DNA of 64,000 nt from Antedon mediterranea (lineage: Eukaryota; Animalia; Echinodermata): contig NC_092673.1 in the NCBI RefSeq assembly GCF_964355755.1, forward strand, positions 7,378,001 to 7,442,000, in the 5' to 3' direction. How positions within the stretch are numbered: the first letter of the stretch is position 1; each line of letters starts with the position of its first letter. Both the position numbers and the translations under genes were made by a program. This document shows, piece after piece, positions 52,166 to 64,000 of the stretch. The notes beneath the pieces are model-generated. The model saw only the letters and a list, made by a program, of their open reading frames with translations, was not told the origin of the DNA and did no database searches.

Positions 52166-52701
52166 AACAATTATTTGTTGTTGCCAATTTCTTCTTTTTT
52201 TCATAGATTAGCAAAAGAAAAAATACTAACAACATTTATTTAAAGCTAAATTACATTTTTCGAGTTAAGAATTAGTATGGAGAACTATTTTTTGTAAGAA
52301 GTGTACTCAGAATTTTTTAATATGTATTTAAAGCTCTGTTTAATAAACTAGTTTGACATAAAATGTAATGTGCCCAGATTTGGTAATCATCGTGTCCATA
52401 TTATAGGCATATCACATTTTTTGTCACATAAAGTTAGATAGTGTCAGATAGCATTATAGTTAAATTTAAGGTATGGCGATAACAAAAGTTCACGAAAAAA
52501 TTGAATATACACCAGGAACAAATCACTGGTTATGCCAGCCAGCCAGCCAGTCTCGCTACTCATTTATTAATTATTATTTCAAAATACATCCTTGATGATT
52601 AAATTATCTTGCCCTGAAAAGATTGTAATAATGCAATATATGACCCTTTTATATTGTAGTTTTATTATATTATTCTATTTATGAATACGGTACATTTTTA
52701 A

Positions 52702-52829
52702 TAGCTAAAGATCTTACACAGAGAAGATTATTATATTACGGTACAGTAAAGTATTATATTACATTTTGTTTTCCCTCAATGCATACTGTACTGTAATATA
52801 AAATCTTCTCTGTGTAAAATCTTTAGCTA
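52702..52829. repeat. Long imperfect inverted repeat (about 46-bp arms) between the two paralogs
   Basis: TAGCTAAAGATCTTACACAGAGAAGATTATTATATTACGGTACAGTA ... TACTGTACTGTAATATAAAATCTTCTCTGTGTAAAATCTTTAGCTA. Confidence 0.8.
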
Positions 52830-53528
52830 AACAGAGCTTAAAAGGAGGAAATATGTGTATGTATAATAATATAATATTTAGATTATAGTTAACTGTTTTA
52901 GATTTATAACGCCATTAAAAACAAAAGTAAGGATGTAGTCGATGAGACTTTAAATATATGTTTTTAATTGTTTTCTGTGTGCTTATTGTATAAAAGGCCT
53001 TTCAAACTAAAGCAAGCCTACTTCAAACAGTTTGAACTTCTGCGTACAGTATGTTCAGAAAGAATGATGTTTTGTTAAAAAACAGATTTGTTTTATCGAT
53101 TTATGAATTCATTATTTCCCACTATTTTTTAGTTACGGCTCTTGCTATGCCTCGTGCCATCAACAAGGTCAAAAGTCATGCCATAATTAATTATGCGTTT
53201 ATGATGATTTCTGCCAACAGTGCTGCCCGGAACTATAATAGAGATCAAACAAATAAACATTTACAGATATTCAAATCCAGTATGTTGCAGTTGTTAGACC
53301 CCACATGCACTACTGTAAGTCATTATAACTTGTAGCCGATACCTAATTAGCCATTCTATTAGGCCTAGTAATAATGTACTTTGAACTCACACAAACCAAA
53401 TCAAATAAAACATATTTATCTAATACAATATCACAATAAAACGATACGTTTACTACCGGAAGGCCTCTGTACACGCACAGTGAAGATTTGAAGTGAAAAA
53501 TCACCAGAGTAGGCTTTAGAGAAACCAC

Positions 53529-56500
53529 ATGGCGTCACGAAATAAATGTGGTCGTGAGGTTATAATTTTCTGTTTTGGATTTATGATAAGCAGTATTTTG
53601 ACATGGTTGGCTAGCAGTAAAGTTGCTGTTCCACTGGAAGACATACGGTATGAAAAAACAGCCGGTGAAAAGATACTCAGGTAAACTTGTGTTGTGTTCA
53701 TTCTTATGAAGCGATCATGCATCAGCGTGAGCCAGAAGGAAGACATGTTCATAAATTATAGTCTGCAGATAAAATACGATTTCATGCTTTGCTTAGTTAC
53801 CCGTTTTCTGCATTTATTTTACTAATATAAGAAATACGCGCTTTATGTTTCCCCTACAATGAATATAGGGCTTGGTTCCCACTATAGAGACTCAAGCGTC
53901 GCAAGTAATTTGCCCAATATCAAGCGAAGGATTTTATTGCTTATCATTGTTATTACACTTGTTTTACGTCTAACGTTGCGCTTCAGGTCTAGTGGGAACC
54001 AAACTTTATACTGGTTCTTCTTTTCAATCACATGTCTAAGTTATAAATCTGAGCTTCCGTTTCAATTGTTTGTTCTGTTTTCCATGAAGGAAATCTATAT
54101 ATTTCCTCCATGATTTTTCCTAGTGTAAAATAAATAAATTAATTCAATAGGAAAAAAATCTTTGATATCTGATTGGTTGACGGTTTTGTTTTCGCTACTA
54201 CTAAAAGTAAAAATGTTATGGTGATGTTGAAGACGATGTTCACATGTTTGATTTATTTATACCGACCAAATCTGTTTCTTTCTTTAATTTAAGTCATGAA
54301 ATGGGTCGCAGCCGCACATCTAAGGTAGCACAGGAGATCGCACACAAAGAGCCCAACAAGTATTCTCCCCGGAAGATACTACTTGACTGTGGTGCCAATA
54401 TGGCGTCGACAGTCAGCTTATTTCGAGAAACGTATCCAGATGGAAAGGAATTTATTATTCATTCATTTGAAATTGACGACCGTCTAGCTCCTTACTTTAG
54501 CCCATATAAAAACCACACACTTCACTGTCCGCTTGGAGTTGCAGATTCTGATGGTTAGTGCACTCAACTGTAACTGTATATCACACATTACATTATTTGT
54601 GACAATGAAAATAGTTTCCAGTAATATTTTAAGCAAATTATTTCATACACGTTTATCACGCTTGACATCGTATTCCGTTACGGTTAGGTATGGCTTATGA
54701 CCTATTGTACATGCGCCGCATGTGATACATGTGACACTAAGTTACAGAAGGTTGCCTATAATACTAGAAAATAGATGTAATACCGATAATTTAGTATTTA
54801 ATACACTAAAAATAACAATAATTTGTATATTTGCAATTAACTTTCAAGAACACGAAAATGTTATAACTATAATGTCTTAGGCGTTGATTAATAAGATAGC
54901 CATATGATTACAAGTTATATTTCGTCCGCGGAAAAACTGCATGCGTAGGGTAGATGTTCTGTGGATGGTACTGTATTACGATTTGTAGAATTATCACCGC
55001 CAAACTGACAGTGTTTTATAATTGTAATATTTTACCATTATTATTATAATATGTACACAAAAACTTGGTTCTAAAGAGTATAAAACTTAAGGACGTAATT
55101 ATGCGCTTAATGCATGTAATGCTTTGTTCCCTAATTAGGACGCACGCAAGGACGTAAGCGCAACACAAGCAAGTTGACCTTTGATAGGCAAAAGTTCGGA
55201 CAATCCATCGCTTGTGATTGGTCAAATTACCGTACTTACGTTGTCCTTGCCTTGTATCCTAGTAGAGGAACCAAGCTTGACCATTCACAAGCGACGGATT
55301 ATTCAAACTGTCGCTTTTGGTTTATTAAATAAATGGGGTGTGCTGCTACGTCCTTGCTTTGCATCGTTCTGTGTTGGGATCCAAGCTTAAGAAACTTTTT
55401 TAACACAGGAAACATGACCGCTTTCAGTGAATCAGCATGGTCTCCGGATAAAGGCAAGAACAATGGCAGAGATATGCAATGGGGAGGGGGAACTCTTTAT
55501 GTTGACAAAGATGAACGTGCTGATACAAAGTCTGGTGGACGAAGAAAATTGTCCTATCGTACCAAAATTCCAACAACTGACTTGTCGAAATGGATACGGG
55601 AAAACACAAAGAAAGAAGATTACGTCATCCTGAAACTGGACGTTGAAGGCGCCGAATTCAGTATTTTACAGAAAATGTTAAAAGAGGGAACCTTTGCATG
55701 GATTGATAAGTAAGTATAGTTATTTTACTAGTATTTTAAAAAGCAATAACAATTCTCTTCAATTTAGAACTCTTATTTCGGTTTTTTATAGGTATTATGG
55801 TGAATATCATATGAGTCAACCAGTAGGATTTGATTTAAATGCAAAAAAGAAGATTATAAACAATGTTAAAACTAAAGGAAAGGTGATGCTGGAATGGGCA
55901 GGAGAGTATAGGAGATATCAAGATTTTGATAAACTTCATCCTGTAAAAGTAAGTTTTTTTTTCTTTTTAGTGAATGTGTCCCACATTATTCTTTCTCATA
56001 GAGGTATAACACACACACACACACATCTACCAGATAGTTGCTTATTTTACAACTCCCTGCATCTACTGCAATGTCTAATAAATACTCTTTTAATTTTACT
56101 AATTTGTTTTGTAATATTTAGAATATGTTTTACCAAATTATATACCTGCTTACATAATAATTATTATTTTAATTTGTTGTCTTGACTGTTAATGTGCATT
56201 ATTTCATTTGTTACATTTTTCACTTTTAGCAATTTAGAACATAAGACACATTCAATATCAATTTAACATATAGTCCAGGAGTATTAGACTTTGAGGTAGA
56301 AATAAATATGCTAAAGCTGAATTTTAGGTCCCTAATGTTGTCAGAAACAAAATATTAAAGTCCCCGGGTTTCCCCGTTGTTCTTCAATCCGATTGGGCCA
56401 TAATAAAGGTATTTCAGACAAATTTTAGTCATCCTTTGATATCGCGATTCGAATTGAAATTTGTTTTGAACATGCGCACAATCTTACTTACTTCAGCAAA

Positions 56501-59500
56501 TTTGTTTTCCTCCTTCATTATATAGATTCACAATACTTTTTTTTTTCTAATTCTAATTTACATTCGTTTCAAAACCGTACAAAGGTCATATTGTTTCGAT
56601 ATTCAAAACTGATAAAAAAAAACTCCTGAACTCAGATTTACTTGAATAGTGAATTTATTGTGTCCCAACTGGTTATCTCAAGTAGGTTGTTCGAACCTAT
56701 AAATAAAATACAATACTACGTAAATCTTAAAACGTTTAACTTTTAACTCAGTAACAAATGTATAATCTAAGCTATTGATAATTAAAATTAAAGTTCAGCT
56801 CATGGTCAAGTGTATACTCAAACTTACACTTTTCGACATCCAAAACTCAACAAATTACTCAACAGCTTGAACATCGAAATGTTAAATATCACCTAAAAAA
56901 CACAAGAACGTTTATACATTCCGTAAAATTGTAAGCCTAAAACTAATAAGAGCTTAGATCAAATCAAAGCAATAAAATCTCTCCTTATCTTTCTATACAC
57001 AGAAACTTCTAACCACAAAATACCATTAATCATAGATCAACATTCACGAGCCGAACCCCAACCTCAGCACAATAGAAACTCTAAATGATATCGATCCGCG
57101 TTATGTACTTGTGCAGAACTTTAGGCTAAAAAAAATTAGTTTGTTTGCCCTACGCGCCCGCCTCTAAATCGCCGAAATCTAGGGGCGAAGTTTTTAAAAA
57201 AGTTTTTAATGAATTTCGATATAGGCTTAGTTTTAGAGCTAAAGCTAAAGAGGCCAAGCCTAGGTAGGCTACTAGTAGTAGGCCTACTAGGCCTATTATA
57301 TTATTAGTAGGCCGAATACCCAGTAGGCCTATACTATTGTTACTATGAAAATATACACATTCATCGTTTAAATATCCACAAACAAAGCATAACACATTAA
57401 TATAACAATTTCCGTTTTGAACTCCAATGTTTTTATTTACCTACGAACGACGTTGATTATTCTTATATTGTTACTAAACCTTAAGAATTCGGATAAATAC
57501 ACAGAAAAATAGCGAAAGATACAATTTTCAGTAACATTAAAAAAAAGAAAACACTTTTTTCCACCCGCCCCTCCTTAACAATTTTCGGGCATGGAGGGAA
57601 ACAAACTATTTTTGTTTGGCCTTACTAACATTTTACTCTTTTACTAGTACATATGCCATATCATTCAATCCACAACTTAGTTCAACTATAAGCTATAATG
57701 TTGATTAAGTAATTAAGCATACAGTACTAATTTCCTTTCAAACTTTAAGTTCACCAACTATCTATACTGTTACCGTATTTATAGACTATGATTTCGGCAT
57801 TTAAATTATTCTTATAATATAACTAATACTTTTATAATCACGTTTTATTCAATAAAATAGATGAACTCACCGACGATCGTTTCTTAAAATACTCTTAAAC
57901 AGCGGTGTTAATTTACTCAATTATTTCTCTTAATACTTTCACGTCTTTGTAGAGCGCGTTAGTTCCTTTCTCTAATGAAACACAGAAAGACAATTTTTAA
58001 AAACTGTTTCAAATAGACACCGTAGAATACAAAATAAGTAATATTGTAATATCTCTAAAGAAAAGCTCCAAAGGATTTACGTTACCTTATTTATATCGGC
58101 ATATAGAAAAGCTCCTAAGGATTTACCTTTACGTAACCTTATTTATATCGGCATATAGAAAAGCTCCAAAGGATTTACGTTACCTTATTTATATCTTATG
58201 ACAACTCTTGGACTTGCACAGTGTATGGACTGTAACCTTACGGTTTTCATTAAATATATCATTGCATGCTATCATTCTAAATATCTAACTTTCAAACTTT
58301 TGCATTCCTCTTTTTACGCCCGTATTCTTAAACCGGACTTTAGTCGTAGTTCGAGCTAAAACTAAAAAAATGACGTCATTTTAATTCATAAACCGAACTT
58401 CAACTAAATCACCGACTAAATCAGGCCAACCTCGACTAAATCGAGACGGATTTTGATCGATTTTTTTAGTCCTGGAGGGGGCAGACTAAATGGTCGACTA
58501 AATGGTTTTTAAACGATGTTTATAAAAAACGTAACAGTCATTGAGTTGTTATATTGGCCAGATATTGAAGAATGAAATATCTATATTTATATTAGCTTAA
58601 TTAAATATACATTGGTATAAATTATAATAATGAAAATCATCTTTATTTACAACTGTATACAAATTACATTATTTTCTTCGCGCAAGTCCGACTTGAGCTA
58701 CGTGACGCCATAGCGACAATGGGAGATGCGGCAATTCACCACGCGATGGAGTGTTTAGGGGGCCTAGCGCTTTCTTGTCACGCTATGAAGTGCGTGGTTC
58801 GTGGCGATCATACTTTGTTGGGGGCCTAGAAAATATAAAAGTTACCGTACCGCCATGGTTCCTAAATATATTTTTAAGATTTTATTTGTTGTTAATCAAA
58901 TATACTTCACTGTTAAATTAATACTGATATTGTTCTAATAATTAACGATTAAAATTATTTTTCATGTATATAGTCCTGATGCGTAAAAAGTGTTGTAAGA
59001 AATGGAAAGTGATATCAATGCGCAAAATTTCGTCTGCTCCTCAAATACTCTCTTGTCATTGGCCAATGTATAGCCTTTGTTACCCAGACGTGTGCAACTC
59101 GACTAAAAGCTCGACTTCATTAAGTCGAACTGCGACTACTTCGTTTTTTAATCGAATTTGAAGTAATAGCTCGAACTACGACTTTTCCAAGTCGAACTTC
59201 GAACTACGACTAAAGTCCGGTTTAAGAATACGGGCCTTAGTCGCGTGGAAGCGACTCTATAGTTCACTATGTCGGTCGGTCGGTCTGTCTGTCGGTCGGT
59301 CGGTCTGTCTGTCGGTCCGGTATCACTATGCGTTTTATCGCTTTCTGATCTTATCTTGATATCAGTTTAATCTAGCTAAGTCAATTTTTCACAGTATATT
59401 CCTTATGGCCAGGAATCGATGTGGTTATGTTTTCACGGTGCGCAATAAAAAATTACGCGGTCTACGCACGATTTAACGAAATCACGTTTGTAATCATATC

Positions 59501-61734
59501 TTCACAACCATGAATCACAATTAAATAAATAAATAAATTTCAGGGCATAAATCATCATATGGCAATACAATTACGTGCGTAGCGCATGTAACGCATGCGT
59601 ACGCGCGCTTAAAATTTTCAAAATTTATTTTCGATGAAATAAGAGTACGTTTCAGGTAATTTTAAGCGTTTACAAAATTGCCATGAGTCACAAAGCCACA
59701 AAGTTACGCGCGCACGCGCATTTCAAATTTTAAAATGCGCAAAATTCATTTTTAATCAACTTTCTACGCGTTTCTTGTCATTTTGAGCATGTCAAAAATT
59801 TCCATACGCGTGCAAATTTTTACGCGCGTGGTGCGCACGTCACGTAGCGTTAAATACATACTTTTTTCGCGTGATTTATGTTTTTGCAGCCTTTTCTAAT
59901 AATTTTACCATCTTTTAAACAATTTCGACTTAAAATTACGTCATACGAGCACGTCGAATTGGATAATTTGCGCACGTTTTTGATGAAAAAGTTAAAAAAT
60001 TCGTCAAAATTATGCCTTTTTAGTCGCGTGGACGCGACTATAGTTCACTATGTCGGTCGGTCTGTCTGTCGGTCTGTCTGTCGGTCCGGTATCATTATGC
60101 ATTGTAGCACGCGACTTAATGGCTGTTGGCCTTGTTTCATTTCATCCTTTTTATCTTGGTGAAAAGGGAGGATACTACATTTTCCTCCCCTGAGTTTATA
60201 GCCTCTCTACTCGAACACAAATAAGATCACAAATAAGATAGTTTAACAAGAAAATTTTAATCATATATTTTACCGCCATTTTTCATTTTTACATTTTAAT
60301 TAACATCGTATCTAAAATTGTAATGAAAACAAATATGGTTAATACTGAATTCAAGCATCTTATTATGTAAATATACCTGTATTTTAACTACTTTAAACAC
60401 TTACTTTTAATTGTCACAAATGTACTTATATGTATATAATATATTCACCAATGAGAATTTAAATAAACGTGAGATGAACTCACACAAGACAAAAAAAAAA
60501 CCTTATTTATATCGGCATATAGTTAAAATATTGCTATCAGAATAATTTGGTTGATTAATTTTCAAGCAATATTCATCATTATCTATTACGAAAATGATGC
60601 CACATGTGGATAGTCCAAGCTAACCTTCTCATGATAATTATAACTTTTAAAGTTTTGACAGTAAAATCTACAAAATAAAACACATTGCAGTTTGTATTTG
60701 TTTATTTTTATTTTTCTAGGTTCCTACAACAGCTGCAGGAACCGCAGGATTATCATACAAGGAGTGTAATACACCAACATATATATCTCTTGTTATTGAA
60801 ATTGGAATGAGCAGAAAGCAAGCTGTAAAAGTCATGGCAACACTAGCTTCGTACAAAAAAAAACTTCCAGTCTCTGTGTTTGTGTACAGTGAATTTGCAG
60901 AAGATTGGCCAGAACTTGTAAAGGCTTGGTCTACAGTCTATGACATTGGTCTTCGTGGAAATCATCCATATCCAACTGGACATTTTGAAAAGATGTCGCT
61001 AAATTGGATCAGAGAAGCTGTAGTTAGTTCTGAAATGCGTCTTAATGAACTTGGTATAACACCAATATTTTACTTACATGCATTTGAAGAAGATACAGAA
61101 GTCAAATCAGTATTAAAAGAAAGGGGATTTAGAATCATAAAACCAGCAGCAAGCTTTCCACCCAAATCTAGTAAGTGGGCACATACAATTATTTAAAATA
61201 TAATACATATAATAATAACACATTTATATAACGCCCTTTTCATGAATACTCATGCTCAAAGCCGCTTTACAAGTAATATTACCAAGGCCATTTTTTTTTT
61301 ATCAAACACGTATGGAAACATACTTCCATAATGGGAGTGGACCTACACCGATTTGTTTTCGGTTAAGCTTGAAGACAATAGTATATACATTTACATTAAC
61401 CGTTAAGCTCTATAATCATAATAGCCTTGATATAACTTACTGTATAAGTTTAGTTTATGACAAATTAACAAAAGATGAACATGCTAATTTTTTTATATTC
61501 TTTGTATTTTCAGAACCTTTTTTGACTGTTGACAATTATTATAAGTATCGAGATGTTGAGAGGGTACCTAAAGCACTTAGATTAATCTACGAGCAGCTAA
61601 AGACTACAGATGGCGGAATACTAAGCTTAGACTCAGATCTTCCAGACTCATATATGAATCTTGTATTTTTACTAGATTATTTAGTAGAAAATTCTGGTTA
61701 CAAATTTGTTGAATTAGCTAACTGTATAATTTAG
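53529..61734 (+). CDS. Uncharacterised type II membrane protein: FkbM-family methyltransferase + NodB/CE4-like domain, paralog B, 513 aa
   Basis: Six exons: 53529-53680 (MASRNKCGREVIIFCFGFMISSILTWLASS, signal anchor), 54294-54553, 55409-55709, 55792-55948, 60720-61170, 61514-61734. Same intron phases (2,1,2,0,1) as paralog A; motifs ILLDCGANMAS and ILKLDVEGAEFSILQKML. Confidence 0.88.
57122..57624. mobile_element. MITE with about 30-bp imperfect TIRs (Harbinger-like)
   Basis: TAGGCTAAAAAAAATTAGTTTGTTTGCCCT ... AGGGAAACAAACTATTTTTGTTTGGCCTTA. Confidence 0.6.
58058..58196. repeat. Short tandem repeat, about 46-53 bp x 3
   Basis: AGAAAAGCTCCAAAGGATTTACGTTACCTTATTTATATCGGCATAT repeated; a partial copy recurs at about 60500. 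Confidence 0.75.
58318..59235. mobile_element. Non-autonomous DNA transposon (PIF/Harbinger-like) with perfect 37-bp TIRs
   Basis: GCCCGTATTCTTAAACCGGACTTTAGTCGTAGTTCGA and its exact reverse complement ending at 59235; internal CGACTAAA sub-repeats. Confidence 0.8.
59237..60136 (+). mobile_element. DINE-1/Helentron-associated (HINE-like) element with duplicated 5' module
   Basis: The module TAGTCGCGTG..(GTCG/GTCT)n occurs at 59238 and 60021; subterminal inverted CACGCGACT, 3' hairpin GGCTGTTGGCC and TTGTT end. Confidence 0.7.
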
Positions 61735-64000
61735 TTTAAATTAAAAAATATGTAAGCTTTTCGAATTGTAGGTCTAAGATATCGAATGAGCGTTATATTC
61801 TTTCAGTACGGTTTCAGTGGTAAAACTAGAACTATACCTGGAGGCGATCAATTGATGACTAGTAGTGGGAGAGGGGTACAGTCACCTTTCCTTCTTCATA
61901 TTGCCTCCACTCAAATCATTTCGTTTAATTTCTTTTTCATTCCTTTATTAATTTCTTGGGAGATGGTTGTTTACATAATTGTACATAAGTACATATAAAC
62001 AATTTATCATGAGTTATGCAAGTGCATCAACATTACCATTACTGCTTTGTTTAAACGTTTTCGTTCAGTTCTTTTTCTGTGTTTTTGCTTTTTCATTTCT
62101 TTGCACATGATTGTGGTTTTATTTATAGATGCATAGAGAAATGTTACTGTATTTATCATGCATAAGAGAAAGTGTATCATTCATCATTACTGTTCATTAC
62201 AATTTGTTTTGTTTTTTTGGCCTATTTAATTTTAGTGCGTCGGGCTCTTATCAGTTGATCTCAATCTGCTCCCTAACACAGTGGTGTTTAATGAACCATG
62301 TTGGGTCGTTCCACTTTACTAGGAGGTAACTTTCAGACAGTTAACAAAAGCTTTTAATAAAAGAAAACAATACAATAGGTACAAAAGAACAATGTTAGAG
62401 TGCTAAGAACTATTTATTAGGAGACTACTCCCATTAAAATAACTATGGTACATTAACAATAAGTATTGTGTAGAAAAAAAAAGCCCAAAAGGGCGGAGGC
62501 TGATACAGAAGGTAATAATAGAATATCATACTGAACTACGCCCGATAGGTAATCTGTTCCATAGGCATAGTGCGTACACTTAATCTGTTAAATATATTAT
62601 ATTTAAATTATTTCTATTTTTGTAGCAATCTTCAAATATTGCACAAACAAATAAAAGTAATAATAATTTTAGTAGAACCAATGGTATACCAACTCCCTGT
62701 GTATACAATTCATTGAAAAATCACCAAAACAAATTTTAAGTGCAGTATAACGGTATGTAAATGCTAACTAGTACAATATGAATATATTATATATTACATA
62801 GAGATACTAATAATATAATATTAATTTGACATTAGAAAACAGAAATGGAAACCATAAGGTCAAATTCAACGTTTTGTGCTACAATCCTTTTCCTATTAGT
62901 AAAATTAAGTTTTAAAACTACTTATATAAAAAATTCTGTTGCCTTATCTTAAATACATTTACATATTACAAATAAGGGATAATAACTCTTAACTTTCGTG
63001 AAAAAATAAAGCGTTTTGGATAAGTAGTTTTTCAGCAACTGTAATTTTAGTTGTAACGTTACGTTCTGACTGCTCAGGAAAGGTTGGACGACTTCGAACA
63101 TTTTCGCCTATCCTTTAACACTAGCCGGTCACTGACAAACCAAAACACTGCTTCAAAAAAGGGGCTGTGCCGACGAAGTATCTGAACCAATCACATTTTA
63201 CTTTAGGTCATTAGAAAGCTTGATTGATTAGCTTTTGCATGGTGGAACAGCCAATATCATTGGATAACTAGGTCAAACGTTATGAACGATCTCAACAATA
63301 AAGATCTCAACAAATTAGCAAAACAAGCCTATTCTTTAACACAGGGCAATTTTCAAATCGTCTAACTTTAAAAATCAATGCCGACGACGTTTTAAGTTTT
63401 TTTAAATTAAAAATAACATGACATCGTAGGTACTTAATTAGGCATTACAATGTCGAAACAGCCATAAAAATCGGTCAATTAATAACAAAGTTACATTGAA
63501 AAAAACTCAAAAAAATAGTTGTTTTTCGGTGATTTCGTGCCGTTTAGCGGAAATCGCCCGGATTTTTGGGTACATAAAACAAATTGTAATGAATGTGTTC
63601 ATTCAGTTCTTCTACTTTATTTTAATTTCTCATTCACTTTTTGTTTTTCTTTTTCTTCATTCTTTTGCGCATGTTAAAGAGCATATTTACTATATTTATT
63701 ATGCGTTATACAAATGTACTACATAATACTATTACTGTATTTGGTAATGTGTCAAGAAAGTGCTTTTTTTTATTTATGCGCACCACCACAGGATTGCAAT
63801 AAATGTTTTAGGTACATTATATTATTAATAGCAGTATCTGTCTAGACTCTGGAGTTGGTAGGCCAAATAAAAGAATATTAACTATTATAGTCTCTCAAGA
63901 TTGGTTCATATAGTAGCAAACAGTGTTTTATCACCAACTAACTTAACAATCAACCACTAATGTAACATTAACCTCTAACGTAACAAAAATCAACCACTAA

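Noticed and set aside
53859-54113. Hydrophobic ORF (KRRILLLIIVITLVL) as first exon of paralog B
   Set aside because: It sits within a GCTTGGTTCCCAC..GTGGGAACCAA MITE; 53529-53680 gives a better ATG, anchor and phase-2 donor.
62900-64000. Possible DNA-transposon remnant and CTAAC-rich repeats at the window end
   Set aside because: Termini could not be defined, and the repeats are too irregular to call telomeric.

Overview
AT-rich eukaryotic (invertebrate metazoan) genomic DNA with GT-AG introns; a deuterostome/echinoderm origin is my inference only. Five intron-containing genes were reconstructed by hand with consistent splice phases: STEEP1/CXorf56 (- strand, last exon outside the window), a GlyT2-like SLC6 transporter (+, 654 aa), ZMYND19 (+, 225 aa), and a tandem pair of paralogs (+, 508 and 513 aa). 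The pair has an architecture I do not recognise: N-terminal signal anchor, FkbM/Methyltransf_21-type SAM methyltransferase domain, and a NodB/CE4 polysaccharide-deacetylase-like domain lacking the canonical catalytic motifs. These are candidate Golgi glycan O-methyltransferases. Two near-identical U8-like (SNORD118-like) C/D snoRNA genes lie on the - strand, each with a conserved upstream element and a 14-bp 5'-end/3'-extension duplex; one is nested in STEEP1 intron 1. The rest is a 39-bp minisatellite, decayed LINEs (including a nest of about 7 kb in one intron), SINEs, Kolobok/Harbinger/Tc1-like MITEs and DINE-1/Helentron-like elements. All family calls are from motif recognition and memory; no searches were run.
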